Below are positions 46,914 through 55,895 of a stretch of 57,165 bases of DNA, piece by piece (positions within the stretch are counted from its first letter, which is position 1; each line of letters opens with the position of its first letter). This DNA comes from a virus. Lineage: Duplodnaviria; Caudoviricetes. The notes under the pieces are model-generated. The model was not told the origin of the DNA, ran no database searches, and saw only the letters and a program-made list of their open reading frames with translations. The stretch is taken from the IMG/VR virus record IMGVR_UViG_3300046006_000628, positions 1 through 57,165 of that record. One strand, 5' to 3'. The position numbers and the translations under genes were made by a program.

Positions 46914-48940
46914 TGCGGGCCCCCACTAACGAGGTTCATACCACCGGCGGGTGCGCCGGCTTGGTCGATGGTCTCAGCCTGCGACTGTCCGCCCCCGGGA
47001 GCAGGCATCTGCTCAGGGACTGCGGCCGACATCCGGTTCATCATGGCGAGCTTGTCGCGCGACGGGACGATGTCGTCGGCTGGCATCTGGAGCCCCTTGG
47101 CGACCTCACGCAGCAGCGCGGCCCGGCCCTCAGGACCGATGATCCCCATGTCGAACTCGTTGGCGGTGGCGTTGAGGAACTCCACGCGGCGGACGTTAAC
47201 CGTCTCTTTAACCGCGAGGTTCACTGCCCCTTTAGCCACAACCTGAGCATCGCCCTTGATCGACTCATCCGGATCATACCGCATGTTGTAGACGAACTGG
47301 CGCTGCACGATGGTCTTGAGCACGTCGTTGTCGATGTGCATGACGACCTGACGAATCCCCTTACCCGCGGAGCCCATCAGCATGGACAGCCCCGACGCTG
47401 TGCGCCCGGCCCCCTGCACGTTGGTGTCGCCGTAGATGTAGGACGGGATGCCGCTGTGGTCGTCTGCCAGCTTCGAGAACCGGTCGTAGACGCCCATCAG
47501 GGTGTTGGCGTTGTCATCGGGCTGGTTGAACCGCACGGCCGGCGCAGACGAACCCAGCGGGTCGTTGAGGACCTGCCAGATTTTCCACGGCTGCAGCTGT
47601 GTGATGTCCTCGTTGGGCGGCAGCCGCTCAAGGTTAACCTCAACCTGAGGTCCCGAAGCGATCGCCATGTTATTGACCAGAGCCCGTGCAGCTGCGTTGC
47701 AGATGTTCTGCAGGTCCTCAATGATCTCAGGGATGCCCTTGCCCCAAAAGGCTCCCGGTTGTTTGATGAACGACGTCTTGGCGTAGGGCTTCTCCCCCAG
47801 CGGGTCGTAATTTAGGACAGCCTTGATGACGTAGTTCCCTACGACCCAGACGTTGGCATCGTACTCGCGTGCCTCATCAGGGACTTCCTCGTCGGTCATC
47901 CCCCACTCGCGCAGCATCTTACCGCTGACCTTGCCCCAGAACTCCAGCGTGTCGTAGACCTGCGTAGGACGAAGCTCTGTGTGGAACTTACGCTCCTCCT
48001 CCTCGCGGGAATCCTTCTGCCACTCCTGCACCCATGACTGGGTGTTGCCGATCTCTAGGACCTTGCGGACGGCTTGGTCGTCATACCCCGGCACGCCGAT
48101 CAGATCAGCCAGCTGGGTCCGCGTCATCTCGTGGTACTCAAACAGGTAGCCATCGTTGATGCGCGTGATCCCCGGCTCGGGGTAGATATTAAACGGGCTG
48201 ACCCGCTCGTACTCAGGAGCGATGCGCTCCCCCGGCTGCAGCGTTGTGCCATCCCACTTGAGGTAGCGCTGCCGGCGGACGATGGGCCCCTTGACGAAGG
48301 CAGCCGGGAAGGTGACGAGGTCGGTGACGAACTCGTTAAAGGCGTCAGCCCAGCCACCTTGGCTAAACTGGTCCTCGATACGGGTCTGCATCCGCTCGAC
48401 GCGGTTCTGCGCCGCCTGCAGAATCTTGAACCTGAACTCCTGAGCCACGGCCTCTTTGAGCTCTGCCAGCTGTGTCCGGCTGGGCGCTTGCCCCGAAGCT
48501 TGCAGGACCTCCATGATGCGCTCAGCGAAGGCCAGCTGCAGTTCTTCCGAGTCCTTGGGGGAGAGATCAGGGATGGGCGTAGGGGCTAGGCTCCACGGTG
48601 GGGAGCCGCTGTCCAGCAGGATGTCACGCAGCCAACTCTCGGCCGCACGACATTTGACCTCTGTGATCATCATGAAGACTTCAGAGCCGCCCTGCGAACG
48701 GATGGCCTGCATCTTGTCGGCTTCGTACTGACCGTTGCGCTGACGCATGGCGGTAAGCATGATGTCCGTGATCGGGTCGCGCGAGATGCGCGCAGCATCC
48801 CAGCACTGCTTGAGGTGAGCCACGATGCCCAGCATGACCGGGGCGTTCTGACGTGCAGACAGTTCTTTCTCGGCCTGCTCGCGCTCGATGCGAACAAGGT
48901 CGTTGTTTCCCACCACGCGCATTATTGTCAGACCGGCCAT
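46910..48940 (-). CDS. Portal protein
   Basis: 676 aa; FWGKGIPE, NMAIASGPQ, RTASGLSMLM. Confidence 0.85.
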   Translation of the reverse strand: MAGLTIMRVVGNNDLVRIEREQAEKELSARQNAPVMLGIVAHLKQCWDAARISRDPITDIMLTAMRQRNGQYEADKMQAIRSQGGSEVFMMITEVKCRAAESWLRDILLDSGSPPWSLAPTPIPDLSPKDSEELQLAFAERIMEVLQASGQAPSRTQLAELKEAVAQEFRFKILQAAQNRVERMQTRIEDQFSQGGWADAFNEFVTDLVTFPAAFVKGPIVRRQRYLKWDGTTLQPGERIAPEYERVSPFNIYPEPGITRINDGYLFEYHEMTRTQLADLIGVPGYDDQAVRKVLEIGNTQSWVQEWQKDSREEEERKFHTELRPTQVYDTLEFWGKVSGKMLREWGMTDEEVPDEAREYDANVWVVGNYVIKAVLNYDPLGEKPYAKTSFIKQPGAFWGKGIPEIIEDLQNICNAAARALVNNMAIASGPQVEVNLERLPPNEDITQLQPWKIWQVLNDPLGSSAPAVRFNQPDDNANTLMGVYDRFSKLADDHSGIPSYIYGDTNVQGAGRTASGLSMLMGSAGKGIRQVVMHIDNDVLKTIVQRQFVYNMRYDPDESIKGDAQVVAKGAVNLAVKETVNVRRVEFLNATANEFDMGIIGPEGRAALLREVAKGLQMPADDIVPSRDKLAMMNRMSAAVPEQMPAPGGGQSQAETIDQAGAPAGGMNLVSGGPQ

Positions 48941-48956
48941 GATACTTTATACCTCA

Positions 48957-49334
48957 CTATTCGTTAGATGTATAGGTAGTTAGTCCCATCGCCGCCAGCG
49001 CCTCAGCGCCACCCATTCCTCCGAGCGCGGTCAGCACCCCCGGCACTGCCAGCACCGGCTCCAGAACGAACACCAGTGCCGCCTGCGCGCGTCCAGCAGC
49101 CGTCATGTCGATGATGCTGTCCATGTCCCATGCGGGCCTGACGAGGGGCTGTGTAGCGCCTGAGACCCATTCGTCTGAGGCTTCCCAGCTTGCGGCTGCG
49201 TACAAGTTGCCGTCAGCGTCCTGCCAGTCGAGGCCCATAAATGTTTCGGCGTCTGCCGGGCCATATGCCAAGCACATGGCAAGCTGGTTTGCATCGGCAA
49301 CAAGGGCCTCAGATGGGGCTGCTACGATCCGCAT
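48957..49334 (-). CDS. Hypothetical protein partnering the upstream fibre-like gene
   Basis: DANQLAMCL, WQDADGNLYA; TGATG coupling. Confidence 0.65.
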   Translation of the reverse strand: MRIVAAPSEALVADANQLAMCLAYGPADAETFMGLDWQDADGNLYAAASWEASDEWVSGATQPLVRPAWDMDSIIDMTAAGRAQAALVFVLEPVLAVPGVLTALGGMGGAEALAAMGLTTYTSNE

Positions 49335-50392
49335 CACGCACCGCCTTTCGCTGCCAGCCACGCTGTCAAGTCGGTTGTCTCCGTTCCCGTCAGCGCGCGG
49401 TTAATCGCCAAATACCCGGACAGCGACAATACTTTGAGCACGTCTGTAGCCCCGGACAACGACTGCCCGGTTTCGATCGTCACCGTGCCTGCCGAGTTGA
49501 CATAGGCCACCGTGTATGTGCCAGCCGATGCCGTCCAGTTCAGTGTATCCAGATCGTCAAACAGATACGACACCGACTGCACCCCGGTTTGAGTAACGTC
49601 GTATTGCGTGGTGACGCGCTGGTAGTCTGTGGCGGTGGAGTTGTGTTCAAACTGCAGCTTTGCGTCAAGAAACTCTCCGCCAACCCAAGTTCGGGACGGA
49701 CGGTCAGCGGTGTGCGTTGCACCAGCAAGAGCGAATTGAGGGCTGGACGTTCCGGCGCTGGCGCGTGTGTGGGTGACTGAGCATTTCACTGAGCCATCGG
49801 GCAGTGTGACCACCAAAGCAGTGACTGCGGTGGCCTTGCCAACAACAGAAACAGAATCCAAATCAAATGTCGCGGACGCAATGGGCGAAACGCTTCTGTC
49901 GGCTACCCAAGCATACCGATTCCGACCAGCGGTTGAGGGGAACGCGGCGCTTATTGTTACCGCGCTTGCTGGCGCAGACGCAGAGGTAGTTTCAACATAT
50001 GCTGCACCTGTAGCCGCGTTTGCGGTTATCCGCTGCCCGGACGCTGTGACCCCGCTTTTAGTCCAGCCGCCAGACCCAAGCGCAACGCTGAAATCTTCGC
50101 TGTACGTCAGCAAATTCCGCCGCCCCCCGAGTGGCACCACACCGTATGTCGGGCGGGATGCGGCTGTGGCTTGCGTGGCGTTATTCCCCCGGCCCGACTT
50201 GTCGTTCGTGCGCGCCACGGTCTGCGCGGGAGCCGTCACGGAGGTGGTGCCAGCGGTGTCTGCGAAGAGGGTCGTTAGATCGCTGGGGTCGAACCACGCG
50301 CCGGGTTCGTCCAAACCAAAAAGAGAAATAGGATTAAACTCGGCCCCCCCGCTACGGCGACGGCGGTTTAGAGCAGGTAGATTAAACCCCAT
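49334..50392 (-). CDS. Fibre/spike-like structural protein
   Basis: GAWFDPSDLTTLF, DKSGRGNNATQAT..RP, RNLLTYSEDF, QFE..TATDYQ. Confidence 0.65.
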   Translation of the reverse strand: MGFNLPALNRRRRSGGAEFNPISLFGLDEPGAWFDPSDLTTLFADTAGTTSVTAPAQTVARTNDKSGRGNNATQATAASRPTYGVVPLGGRRNLLTYSEDFSVALGSGGWTKSGVTASGQRITANAATGAAYVETTSASAPASAVTISAAFPSTAGRNRYAWVADRSVSPIASATFDLDSVSVVGKATAVTALVVTLPDGSVKCSVTHTRASAGTSSPQFALAGATHTADRPSRTWVGGEFLDAKLQFEHNSTATDYQRVTTQYDVTQTGVQSVSYLFDDLDTLNWTASAGTYTVAYVNSAGTVTIETGQSLSGATDVLKVLSLSGYLAINRALTGTETTDLTAWLAAKGGA

Positions 50393-50738
50393 TCGAGCCT
50401 CTCAGCACCATGATGACGGACAGGGCGCTGGCTGTACCGGAGGCGATGGACGGGCGGATGTAAGCGGCTGAGAGCGAGAGCTCTTTGTACCCGGTTGCTG
50501 AGAACGTGATGTCGTTACCCAGCAGGTCCTTGGCCGTGGCCCAGTTGGTCCCGTCGTTGCTCACCTGCATGGTGATGACAGAACTGCTGAAGGTACCCAC
50601 CGCTTGCAGGGAGGCCGCAAGGCCGTACTGCTGGGTCAGGGTGAACGCAGTGAACGTATCGCCAGCAGCAATACCGCTCCAGATAAACCTAGGAACACCC
50701 ACAATGGTGGTGTCAATCGCAGGTGCAATAAGCGGCAT
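50382..50738 (-). CDS. Small beta-rich structural protein
   Basis: GTF...QVSNDGTNW...YIRP. Confidence 0.65.
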   Translation of the reverse strand: MPLIAPAIDTTIVGVPRFIWSGIAAGDTFTAFTLTQQYGLAASLQAVGTFSSSVITMQVSNDGTNWATAKDLLGNDITFSATGYKELSLSAAYIRPSIASGTASALSVIMVLRGSNGV

Positions 50739-50746
50739 GATCTACC

Positions 50747-50962
50747 TCAGATTCCGTAGTTGAGTTTCTTGCGACCCGGGTAAGTCTTCTGTTTCTTCTT
50801 GGGGTCTGCCACGGGGCGCGGGCTTTTGGCCGGAGCAAGAGCTTTGGGGTTTGGCTTGGACCGCACCGGTCCATCGGTCTTACCCGGCGGCTGGCTGTTC
50901 CCGAGCGCACGCTGGAGCGTGGCGGCGTTCTCGTCCTTACCGGGTTTGGCGTTGTACTTCAT
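50747..50962 (-). CDS. Small Lys/Pro-rich protein
   Basis: GAGG RBS; very basic. Confidence 0.6.
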   Translation of the reverse strand: MKYNAKPGKDENAATLQRALGNSQPPGKTDGPVRSKPNPKALAPAKSPRPVADPKKKQKTYPGRKKLNYGI

Positions 50963-50970
50963 GCTGTACC

Positions 50971-51294
50971 TCAGAGTGTTCCGAAGGGTTTCTTGGACGC
51001 GGGTTGCCTACCCGCCTTAGAGGTCTTGCCCGTAGCCGAAGTAAGGGCGTCCCCTACTGTGCGACCTTTGACGGACTTGCCAATGGCAGCACCCAGACCA
51101 CCTGCGCTGATACCGGCTTTGGAGTTACCCAGAACACCCATGCCGCTGGGCTTGCCGGCGGTCGGGTTGGTCGCCTTAGGACCCCCGGCTGCTGCGGCTA
51201 CCGAGGCTGCTTTACGTGTTCTGACCGCATCCCTGACGCCGCGAGCGCCTTTAGTGCCCCCGGGCATGCCGCCGATCCCTTTACCCATAGCCAT
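50971..51294 (-). CDS. Gly/Ala/Lys-rich basic protein
   Basis: GGAGG RBS; first gene after the putative late promoter. Confidence 0.65.
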   Translation of the reverse strand: MAMGKGIGGMPGGTKGARGVRDAVRTRKAASVAAAAGGPKATNPTAGKPSGMGVLGNSKAGISAGGLGAAIGKSVKGRTVGDALTSATGKTSKAGRQPASKKPFGTL

Positions 51295-51322
51295 AGACGT
51301 AACCTCCTGCTGAGTTTGACGC

Positions 51323-51351
51323 AATATAACTCGCATCGCTAAGTATGGCAA
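51323..51351 (-). promoter_or_regulatory. sigma70-type promoter driving the structural genes
   Basis: TTGCCA-N17-TATATT on the - strand. Confidence 0.6.
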
Positions 51352-51383
51352 GAGAAACCCCGCCGGGGGTGGACCGGCGGGGT
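51350..51383 (-). terminator. Intrinsic terminator after terL
   Basis: ACCCCGCCGG-N7-CCGGCGGGGT followed by TTCTCTT on the - strand. Confidence 0.65.
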
Positions 51384-51434
51384 AAGTCGAGCAGGTGGTA
51401 ACTGGGAGGAGTCACCGTAGGTGTGATCTTTGTA

Positions 51435-52832
51435 TCAGGCCCAACCACTAGCGTCAACCCGCTTGATCTCGCGGCGTTGGTTGAGCATGGCACCACTGTC
51501 GATACTGCCGATGTGAAGGCAGAGGTAGCTGATCGCGTCGCCGATGTGGCTGTGCTTACCCGCATCGCCACCCTTCTCCAGCCCGTCCCCGTTCTTCTTG
51601 AACCTGTACCCACCCATCATGGCTGCCTTGAGCCGCATACAACTGGGGTCGATCAGCAGCCCCGGGTCACCGTCCACCTGCCGCATGAGGTAGTCGTCCA
51701 CAGCTGCGATCCGTGACGTGATGCTGTTGGTCCGGGCGGGCATGACCCGCAGCCCTTCCGCCTTGATGATGTCCACCGCGGAGCGCTCGTCTGTCTGCGC
51801 CCGCTGCACGCCGGCCGGGTCAACCACCACGATGACCGGGGCCCCGGAGAACCTATCGTAAAGTAGGGGCTTAAGCACCGTGCGCACGAACCTCTGAACG
51901 CCCATGTCGTAGCTCACCGCCTCTGCGAGAACGAGTGCCCGTCCGCGTGGGTCCTGCTGTCCGATCACCGCGGCAGGGGTAAGACCGAGGTCCATTCCCA
52001 CAATGATTGGACGAGTGCCATTGAGGAAAGGTCTGAGAGTGGCTCTGGACATGTGGTAGTCGGGACGGAAGTATTTGAACACAGGTGTGCCAGCCAGCGA
52101 GAGCCCGTAGTCTCCGTCGATGAAGACCCGGATGTACTCCTCCGAACGGCCTTGGGTGTCATAGTATCCCTCCGGCAGGTTCTCGATGTTCTCTGCGTAG
52201 GGACTCCGCCCTGACGGCTGCTTGAACACATCCCAGCCGTTGTCGTTGGGGCTCACCCCATCCTTCGGGTCGATCTGCTCCATCTGGTGGTAGTGCCACG
52301 TATCCATCACCGGCGGGTTGGTATCCATGAAGATGCCGAACCAAGATGCCCCCCCGTCCTTGGCTGAGGGGAAACGGCCGACCCGCTTGGACAGTGCATC
52401 GAGGATATCCGGGTGGATGTCCCTGCTCTCGTTGACCCATGCGAAGGTCGCCTCCAGCGAGTTCAGGTTAGCCACGTCGTCCGAGTCATCCAGCGCTCGG
52501 AACATGATCTCGCACTCAACGTCACCCACCTTGAAGAAGTAGGTCTTGGTGGTGCGCATGTAATGGCCACAGACCCCCGACGGGAACCAATCCATGAAGG
52601 TCTTGATGGTGGTATCTGTCAGCTGACGCACGGTTTCACGCACCACGATGCAGCGCGACTTCCGTACCCCCTGTGCGTTGGGCTTCTGCTGCCCAGCCCT
52701 GCGGATGATCTCAAAGCAGCACGCCACGGACTTGCCGGAGCCCACAGGGCCCATGATAACGCGCATCCGGGCGTCTGAGCCCATGAATCTGCCCACTGTG
52801 GGGGTCGGTGTGTAGGAAATATCAAGCGGCAT
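51435..52832 (-). CDS. terL: Terminase large subunit
   Basis: GPVGSGKS, WVNE, DTNPP, GMDLG, HIGDA. Confidence 0.92.
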   Translation of the reverse strand: MPLDISYTPTPTVGRFMGSDARMRVIMGPVGSGKSVACCFEIIRRAGQQKPNAQGVRKSRCIVVRETVRQLTDTTIKTFMDWFPSGVCGHYMRTTKTYFFKVGDVECEIMFRALDDSDDVANLNSLEATFAWVNESRDIHPDILDALSKRVGRFPSAKDGGASWFGIFMDTNPPVMDTWHYHQMEQIDPKDGVSPNDNGWDVFKQPSGRSPYAENIENLPEGYYDTQGRSEEYIRVFIDGDYGLSLAGTPVFKYFRPDYHMSRATLRPFLNGTRPIIVGMDLGLTPAAVIGQQDPRGRALVLAEAVSYDMGVQRFVRTVLKPLLYDRFSGAPVIVVVDPAGVQRAQTDERSAVDIIKAEGLRVMPARTNSITSRIAAVDDYLMRQVDGDPGLLIDPSCMRLKAAMMGGYRFKKNGDGLEKGGDAGKHSHIGDAISYLCLHIGSIDSGAMLNQRREIKRVDASGWA

Positions 52833-52977
52833 CGTATACAACCACCCTGTAAAGCCACTTGCCGGGCTTGGGCCGGCCATTTCGGGCCGTTCTGAAGGAC
52901 TTTTTGGCTTGGGAGAGGGCTGCTAGGAAGGTTTGGAGGTCCGAAAGCGCGTAGAAGTCGTGGGTTTCACTCCTCAT
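52822..52977 (-). CDS. 51-aa hypothetical protein between terS and terL (absent from the ORF track)
   Basis: MRSETHDFYALSDLQ...WLYRVVVYDAA fills the gap and overlaps both neighbours. Confidence 0.5.
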   Translation of the reverse strand: MRSETHDFYALSDLQTFLAALSQAKKSFRTARNGRPKPGKWLYRVVVYDAA

Positions 52978-53452
52978 CCACGTAATCCGTGTACTCGGGC
53001 TCCACTTGGGCCTCGATTACGGGCCTTGCCGTCACATCCAGCGTCTGTCCACCCAGATTTATGGTGATCGTGACGCCACCGGCTGCGTTTTGGGCCTCGT
53101 TGGCAGGTGTTGTGTCCAGTCCAGCCCACTTCACAGTGGATTTGATCAGGTCTGCCTTCACTGCGGGGCTCACGATCGGGTCGTGGATCAGCAACCAGCT
53201 GGTGCGGAGGAGCTCCTCCGCCTGTGCACGCGCCTTAACCTTAAACGTGAGCCCCTTAGTGTGTACTTCTTCCCTGTAGCCCTCGACCTTCTTCAGGAAG
53301 TTGGCATCCTTCTTGAATATCAGAAGGTCGTTGGCATCCAGTTCGTGTCTGTCCAGAAGCTCATCCAGCTTTTCACCACTCCCCTCAAGGAGGAGGGCGA
53401 GATCAAAGGCGAAGCGATCGCTCCACTTGGTCTGGACGGGGCTCATGAACAT
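52967..53452 (-). CDS. terS: Putative terminase small subunit
   Basis: Upstream of terL; helical core with GGVTITINLG C-terminal strand. Confidence 0.7.
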   Translation of the reverse strand: MFMSPVQTKWSDRFAFDLALLLEGSGEKLDELLDRHELDANDLLIFKKDANFLKKVEGYREEVHTKGLTFKVKARAQAEELLRTSWLLIHDPIVSPAVKADLIKSTVKWAGLDTTPANEAQNAAGGVTITINLGGQTLDVTARPVIEAQVEPEYTDYVDEE

Positions 53453-53761
53453 GGGCGTAAGGTAACTCAAGGTGGCGGGCGCAGTCAAGGCGCTAAGCGC
53501 CCGGCTTGTGGTAAAGGTATAATGTAAAGGTTTTGGTTTTTTGGCTGGAAAATTTTATAAGGGGTGTGTGGTTGGTGTAAGGATGTAAAGGTATTGTAAA
53601 TTTCGGGTTTTGTTGTAAGAGCTTTATCACTATACCGGGGGGCCGGCGAACGCTAGTCCAGGCCCCCACCCCCCTATGCCTGCCCGCGCAGCGCGCAGCG
53701 TAAGGATAAGGCGCACGCGCGTCTTTGCTATAAACTTTAGTGAAAGAATTATCGGGCGGCA

Positions 53762-53802
53762 TGAAAAAAAGTATTGACAAGCGCGGCAGGATTGGCGATA
53801 AA
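53762..53802 (+). promoter_or_regulatory. Early sigma70-type promoter with A-tract UP element
   Basis: GAAAAAAAGTA-TTGACA-N17-GATAAA. Confidence 0.6.
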
Positions 53803-53837
53803 GGGTCATCGAAACAGCAAGACTAGCTGGCTCGGTA

Positions 53838-53862
53838 GGGGGAAACCCCGCGCTCTTTGAAA
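53838..53862 (+). promoter_or_regulatory. boxB-like GNRA hairpin followed by boxA-like antitermination element
   Basis: GGGG-GAAA-CCCC then CGCTCTTTGAAA, ~35-60 nt after the promoter. Confidence 0.55.
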
Positions 53863-53932
53863 CTGTGAAAAGACTAACACCTGAAACAGTGGTGTCCTGT
53901 CGACACCTTATGACATAAACATGGAGAATGTC

Positions 53933-54337
53933 ATGTCCATCACTCTCACGCTGGAAGTTACCATCGAAGGCTTCAAGGATGAGGTTTCCGATAAGGGCAA
54001 CTTCACGGCACGCGGTGTGTCGTTTGTCCTCAAGTCCGCCAAGGGCTGCGAAGCAGAGCAAATGGCCATCTTCACGCCGAGCCATGGCAATGCGGGAAGC
54101 ATCCTTTTCCTGACAAAGGACAAGGGCCTCGTCGCCAAGGTGAACAAGGCCCGCGGCGCTCGCGGTTCTGAGTCCGACGAAATCGTCCGGCTCAAGGCTG
54201 AAGTTGCTGAGCTCAAGGCCCTCAGGGCCGAAATCGCTGAGCTCAAGGCTGCGAAAGCTGGCACGGCCGCTAAGAAACCGACCAGCGAGGCGGCACGCCT
54301 CAAGGCAGAGCTCGAGGCGCTGAAGGCGGCGAAGTAA
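53933..54337 (+). CDS. Early protein with C-terminal Ala/Glu/Lys coiled-coil repeats
   Basis: GGAG RBS; AEVAELKA/AEIAELKA/AELEALKA. Confidence 0.75.
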   Translation: MSITLTLEVTIEGFKDEVSDKGNFTARGVSFVLKSAKGCEAEQMAIFTPSHGNAGSILFLTKDKGLVAKVNKARGARGSESDEIVRLKAEVAELKALRAEIAELKAAKAGTAAKKPTSEAARLKAELEALKAAK

Positions 54338-54343
54338 GAACGG

Positions 54344-54363
54344 GGCGGGCCGCAAGGCCCGCC
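54344..54363 (+). terminator. GC-rich GNRA hairpin (no U-tract)
   Basis: GGCGGGCC-GCAA-GGCCCGCC. Confidence 0.45.
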
Positions 54364-54385
54364 ACCTTCACACAAAGGAAACAAG

Positions 54386-54580
54386 ATGACCAAAGAAACC
54401 ACAGGTGCGCTGCGCGATCGCCAGCGTAAAGTTGACGCCTACGTATCCAAGGAAGGCCAGAGGTCCGCGCAGCGCTACCTTGACGCCCATCCGCAGCCCT
54501 TACACAACTGGAACGCCATAGGGCAGGCGATCATAGGCGCGATCGCAGTTCTCCTCTTCCTTTACTTCCTCTTCGCTTAA
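54386..54580 (+). CDS. Small early membrane protein
   Basis: AAGGA RBS; C-terminal TM AIIGAIAVLLFLYFLFA. Confidence 0.7.
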   Translation: MTKETTGALRDRQRKVDAYVSKEGQRSAQRYLDAHPQPLHNWNAIGQAIIGAIAVLLFLYFLFA

Positions 54581-54584
54581 CACT

Positions 54585-54615
54585 AGCCCCATCCGAGAAA
54601 TCGGGTGGGGCTTTC
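54585..54615 (+). terminator. Intrinsic terminator
   Basis: AGCCCCATCCGA-GAAA-TCGGGTGGGGCT-TTC. Confidence 0.65.
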
Positions 54616-54619
54616 GCAT

Positions 54620-55290
54620 GTCCGCTGCGCAGCAACCACAGGTGTGTAAAGGAGCGACGCGCAGCGCGCGATCGCGTGTTAAGTTTTGCTCGTTACACTC
54701 GCCATATGTCGGGAGCCTGTAGTTCGCGCTAGTGCTACGTGTAGGTTTACATATACCCATTTAGTCGGGGGTCTGTACCCTCTATAATGTAAAGCAAGCC
54801 TGTACTTTACACCCAGTAAGCTATTGAAAACAAACAACTATCTATTTTTGCTTTACATCAGCTTTACATTCGTCGTGTCAGGCTGTGCTGCCCTACCTGT
54901 GTTAAGTTAAGGTAATTTCCCAATGAAACCAAGGGCTTACCGGTGTTAACCAGAAGTAGAAAGTTAGTAAAGTATCTATACTATATATATTATATACGTT
55001 TTTTTAGATGATGCTCACCTATTTTCGTGAAAATTTCAGCTTTGTTAAGTTAGTAACTTAACACCTTTACACGTAAAGCTCCGACCCTTTCACAATTTGT
55101 GGGGGGTATCCTCTGATTTTTCGTAGATATTGTAGATAGTAAACCGAGTTTCTCAGCATTATCAATCACTTACACTATCTATTTTCCTAAATCGTGTAAA
55201 GATACTTCACCTACTTTTGGTGTTAAGTTTAGATAGTTACAGATACTTCGCGCATCCACTCGCGCAAAAACCCCCCCTTACCCCCCCAGC
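54620..55290. other. Non-coding AT-rich control region (candidate origin or packaging/terminus region)
   Basis: No credible ORF; CTTWACA and ACTATCTA repeats, palindromes, IHF-like sites, TATATATATTATATA tract. Confidence 0.6.
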
Positions 55291-55292
55291 CC

Positions 55293-55321
55293 TTGACATC
55301 CTCGGCAGGCCGTGCTAACTT
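55293..55321 (+). promoter_or_regulatory. sigma70-type early promoter with extended -10
   Basis: TTGACA-N17-TAACTT, with TG-n preceding the -10. Confidence 0.65.
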
Positions 55322-55409
55322 GAAAATCCCGATCGACCCCGTCCAACCGAAACTTGACATGGTCCGATCCGGGAAACTTAACACACACATATCAATAGGA
55401 ACTACCACC

Positions 55410-55685
55410 ATGGCTAATCGCTGGACCAAACTCGCTGCCCTTTCCGCCGACCTTTACACCAAGACGTTGACCGTCCGTCCTTTACATCGGTCCTATATCA
55501 GCCAAGCTGACGCCCTTTACGACTACACCGTAGGTCATGACTTCGTCGTGGTTGACCAGTCGTCCCCCCTTAACAACTGCCTGATCACTGTCTGTGATCG
55601 TCACGAGTTGAAGCGGACCTACGACCTGACCCACCTTAACATCAAGTACAATCCCGGCCTTACCTCGATCGAGGTGGCACTCTGA
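55410..55685 (+). CDS. Hypothetical early protein
   Basis: AGGA RBS; TGATG coupling to the next gene. Confidence 0.65.
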   Translation: MANRWTKLAALSADLYTKTLTVRPLHRSYISQADALYDYTVGHDFVVVDQSSPLNNCLITVCDRHELKRTYDLTHLNIKYNPGLTSIEVAL

Positions 55686-55894
55686 TGCGCCTCTCCTTTA
55701 CACCAACTCACCCCGACTACCTTGTGGTAGTTCCCGACTATCACCCCTCCTATGGACTGGCTGACAACACGAGAGCCAGAGTGATATGCCAAGTTAGGGT
55801 AGACAAGCTCCCTGTTAAGCAGGCTGCCGCCCTTAACAACCTCAGCCCGTCCACCGTCTACAAATGGCTGTTCGCCATCAACAAGGGTCTTTAA
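55685..55894 (+). CDS. Small HTH protein
   Basis: LPVKQAAALNNLSPSTVYKW. Confidence 0.7.
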   Translation: MRLSFTPTHPDYLVVVPDYHPSYGLADNTRARVICQVRVDKLPVKQAAALNNLSPSTVYKWLFAINKGL

Positions 55895-55895
55895 C

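Noticed and set aside
53806-53835. Possible second hammerhead (CGAAACAGC...GCTG)
   Set aside because: No NUH triplet after the stem and no CUGANGA core nearby
54620-54790. tRNA or known riboswitch in the non-coding region
   Set aside because: Only a short CGCTGCGC/GCGCAGCG pairing; no cloverleaf or recognisable aptamer by eye, and a covariance-model search would be needed to exclude one
54900-55063. CtrA boxes (TTAA-N7-TTAA)
   Set aside because: Observed TTAA spacings are 1 and 9 nt, not 7; half-site binding cannot be excluded
55354-55383. Second TTGACA promoter
   Set aside because: No convincing -10 at 16-18 nt spacing
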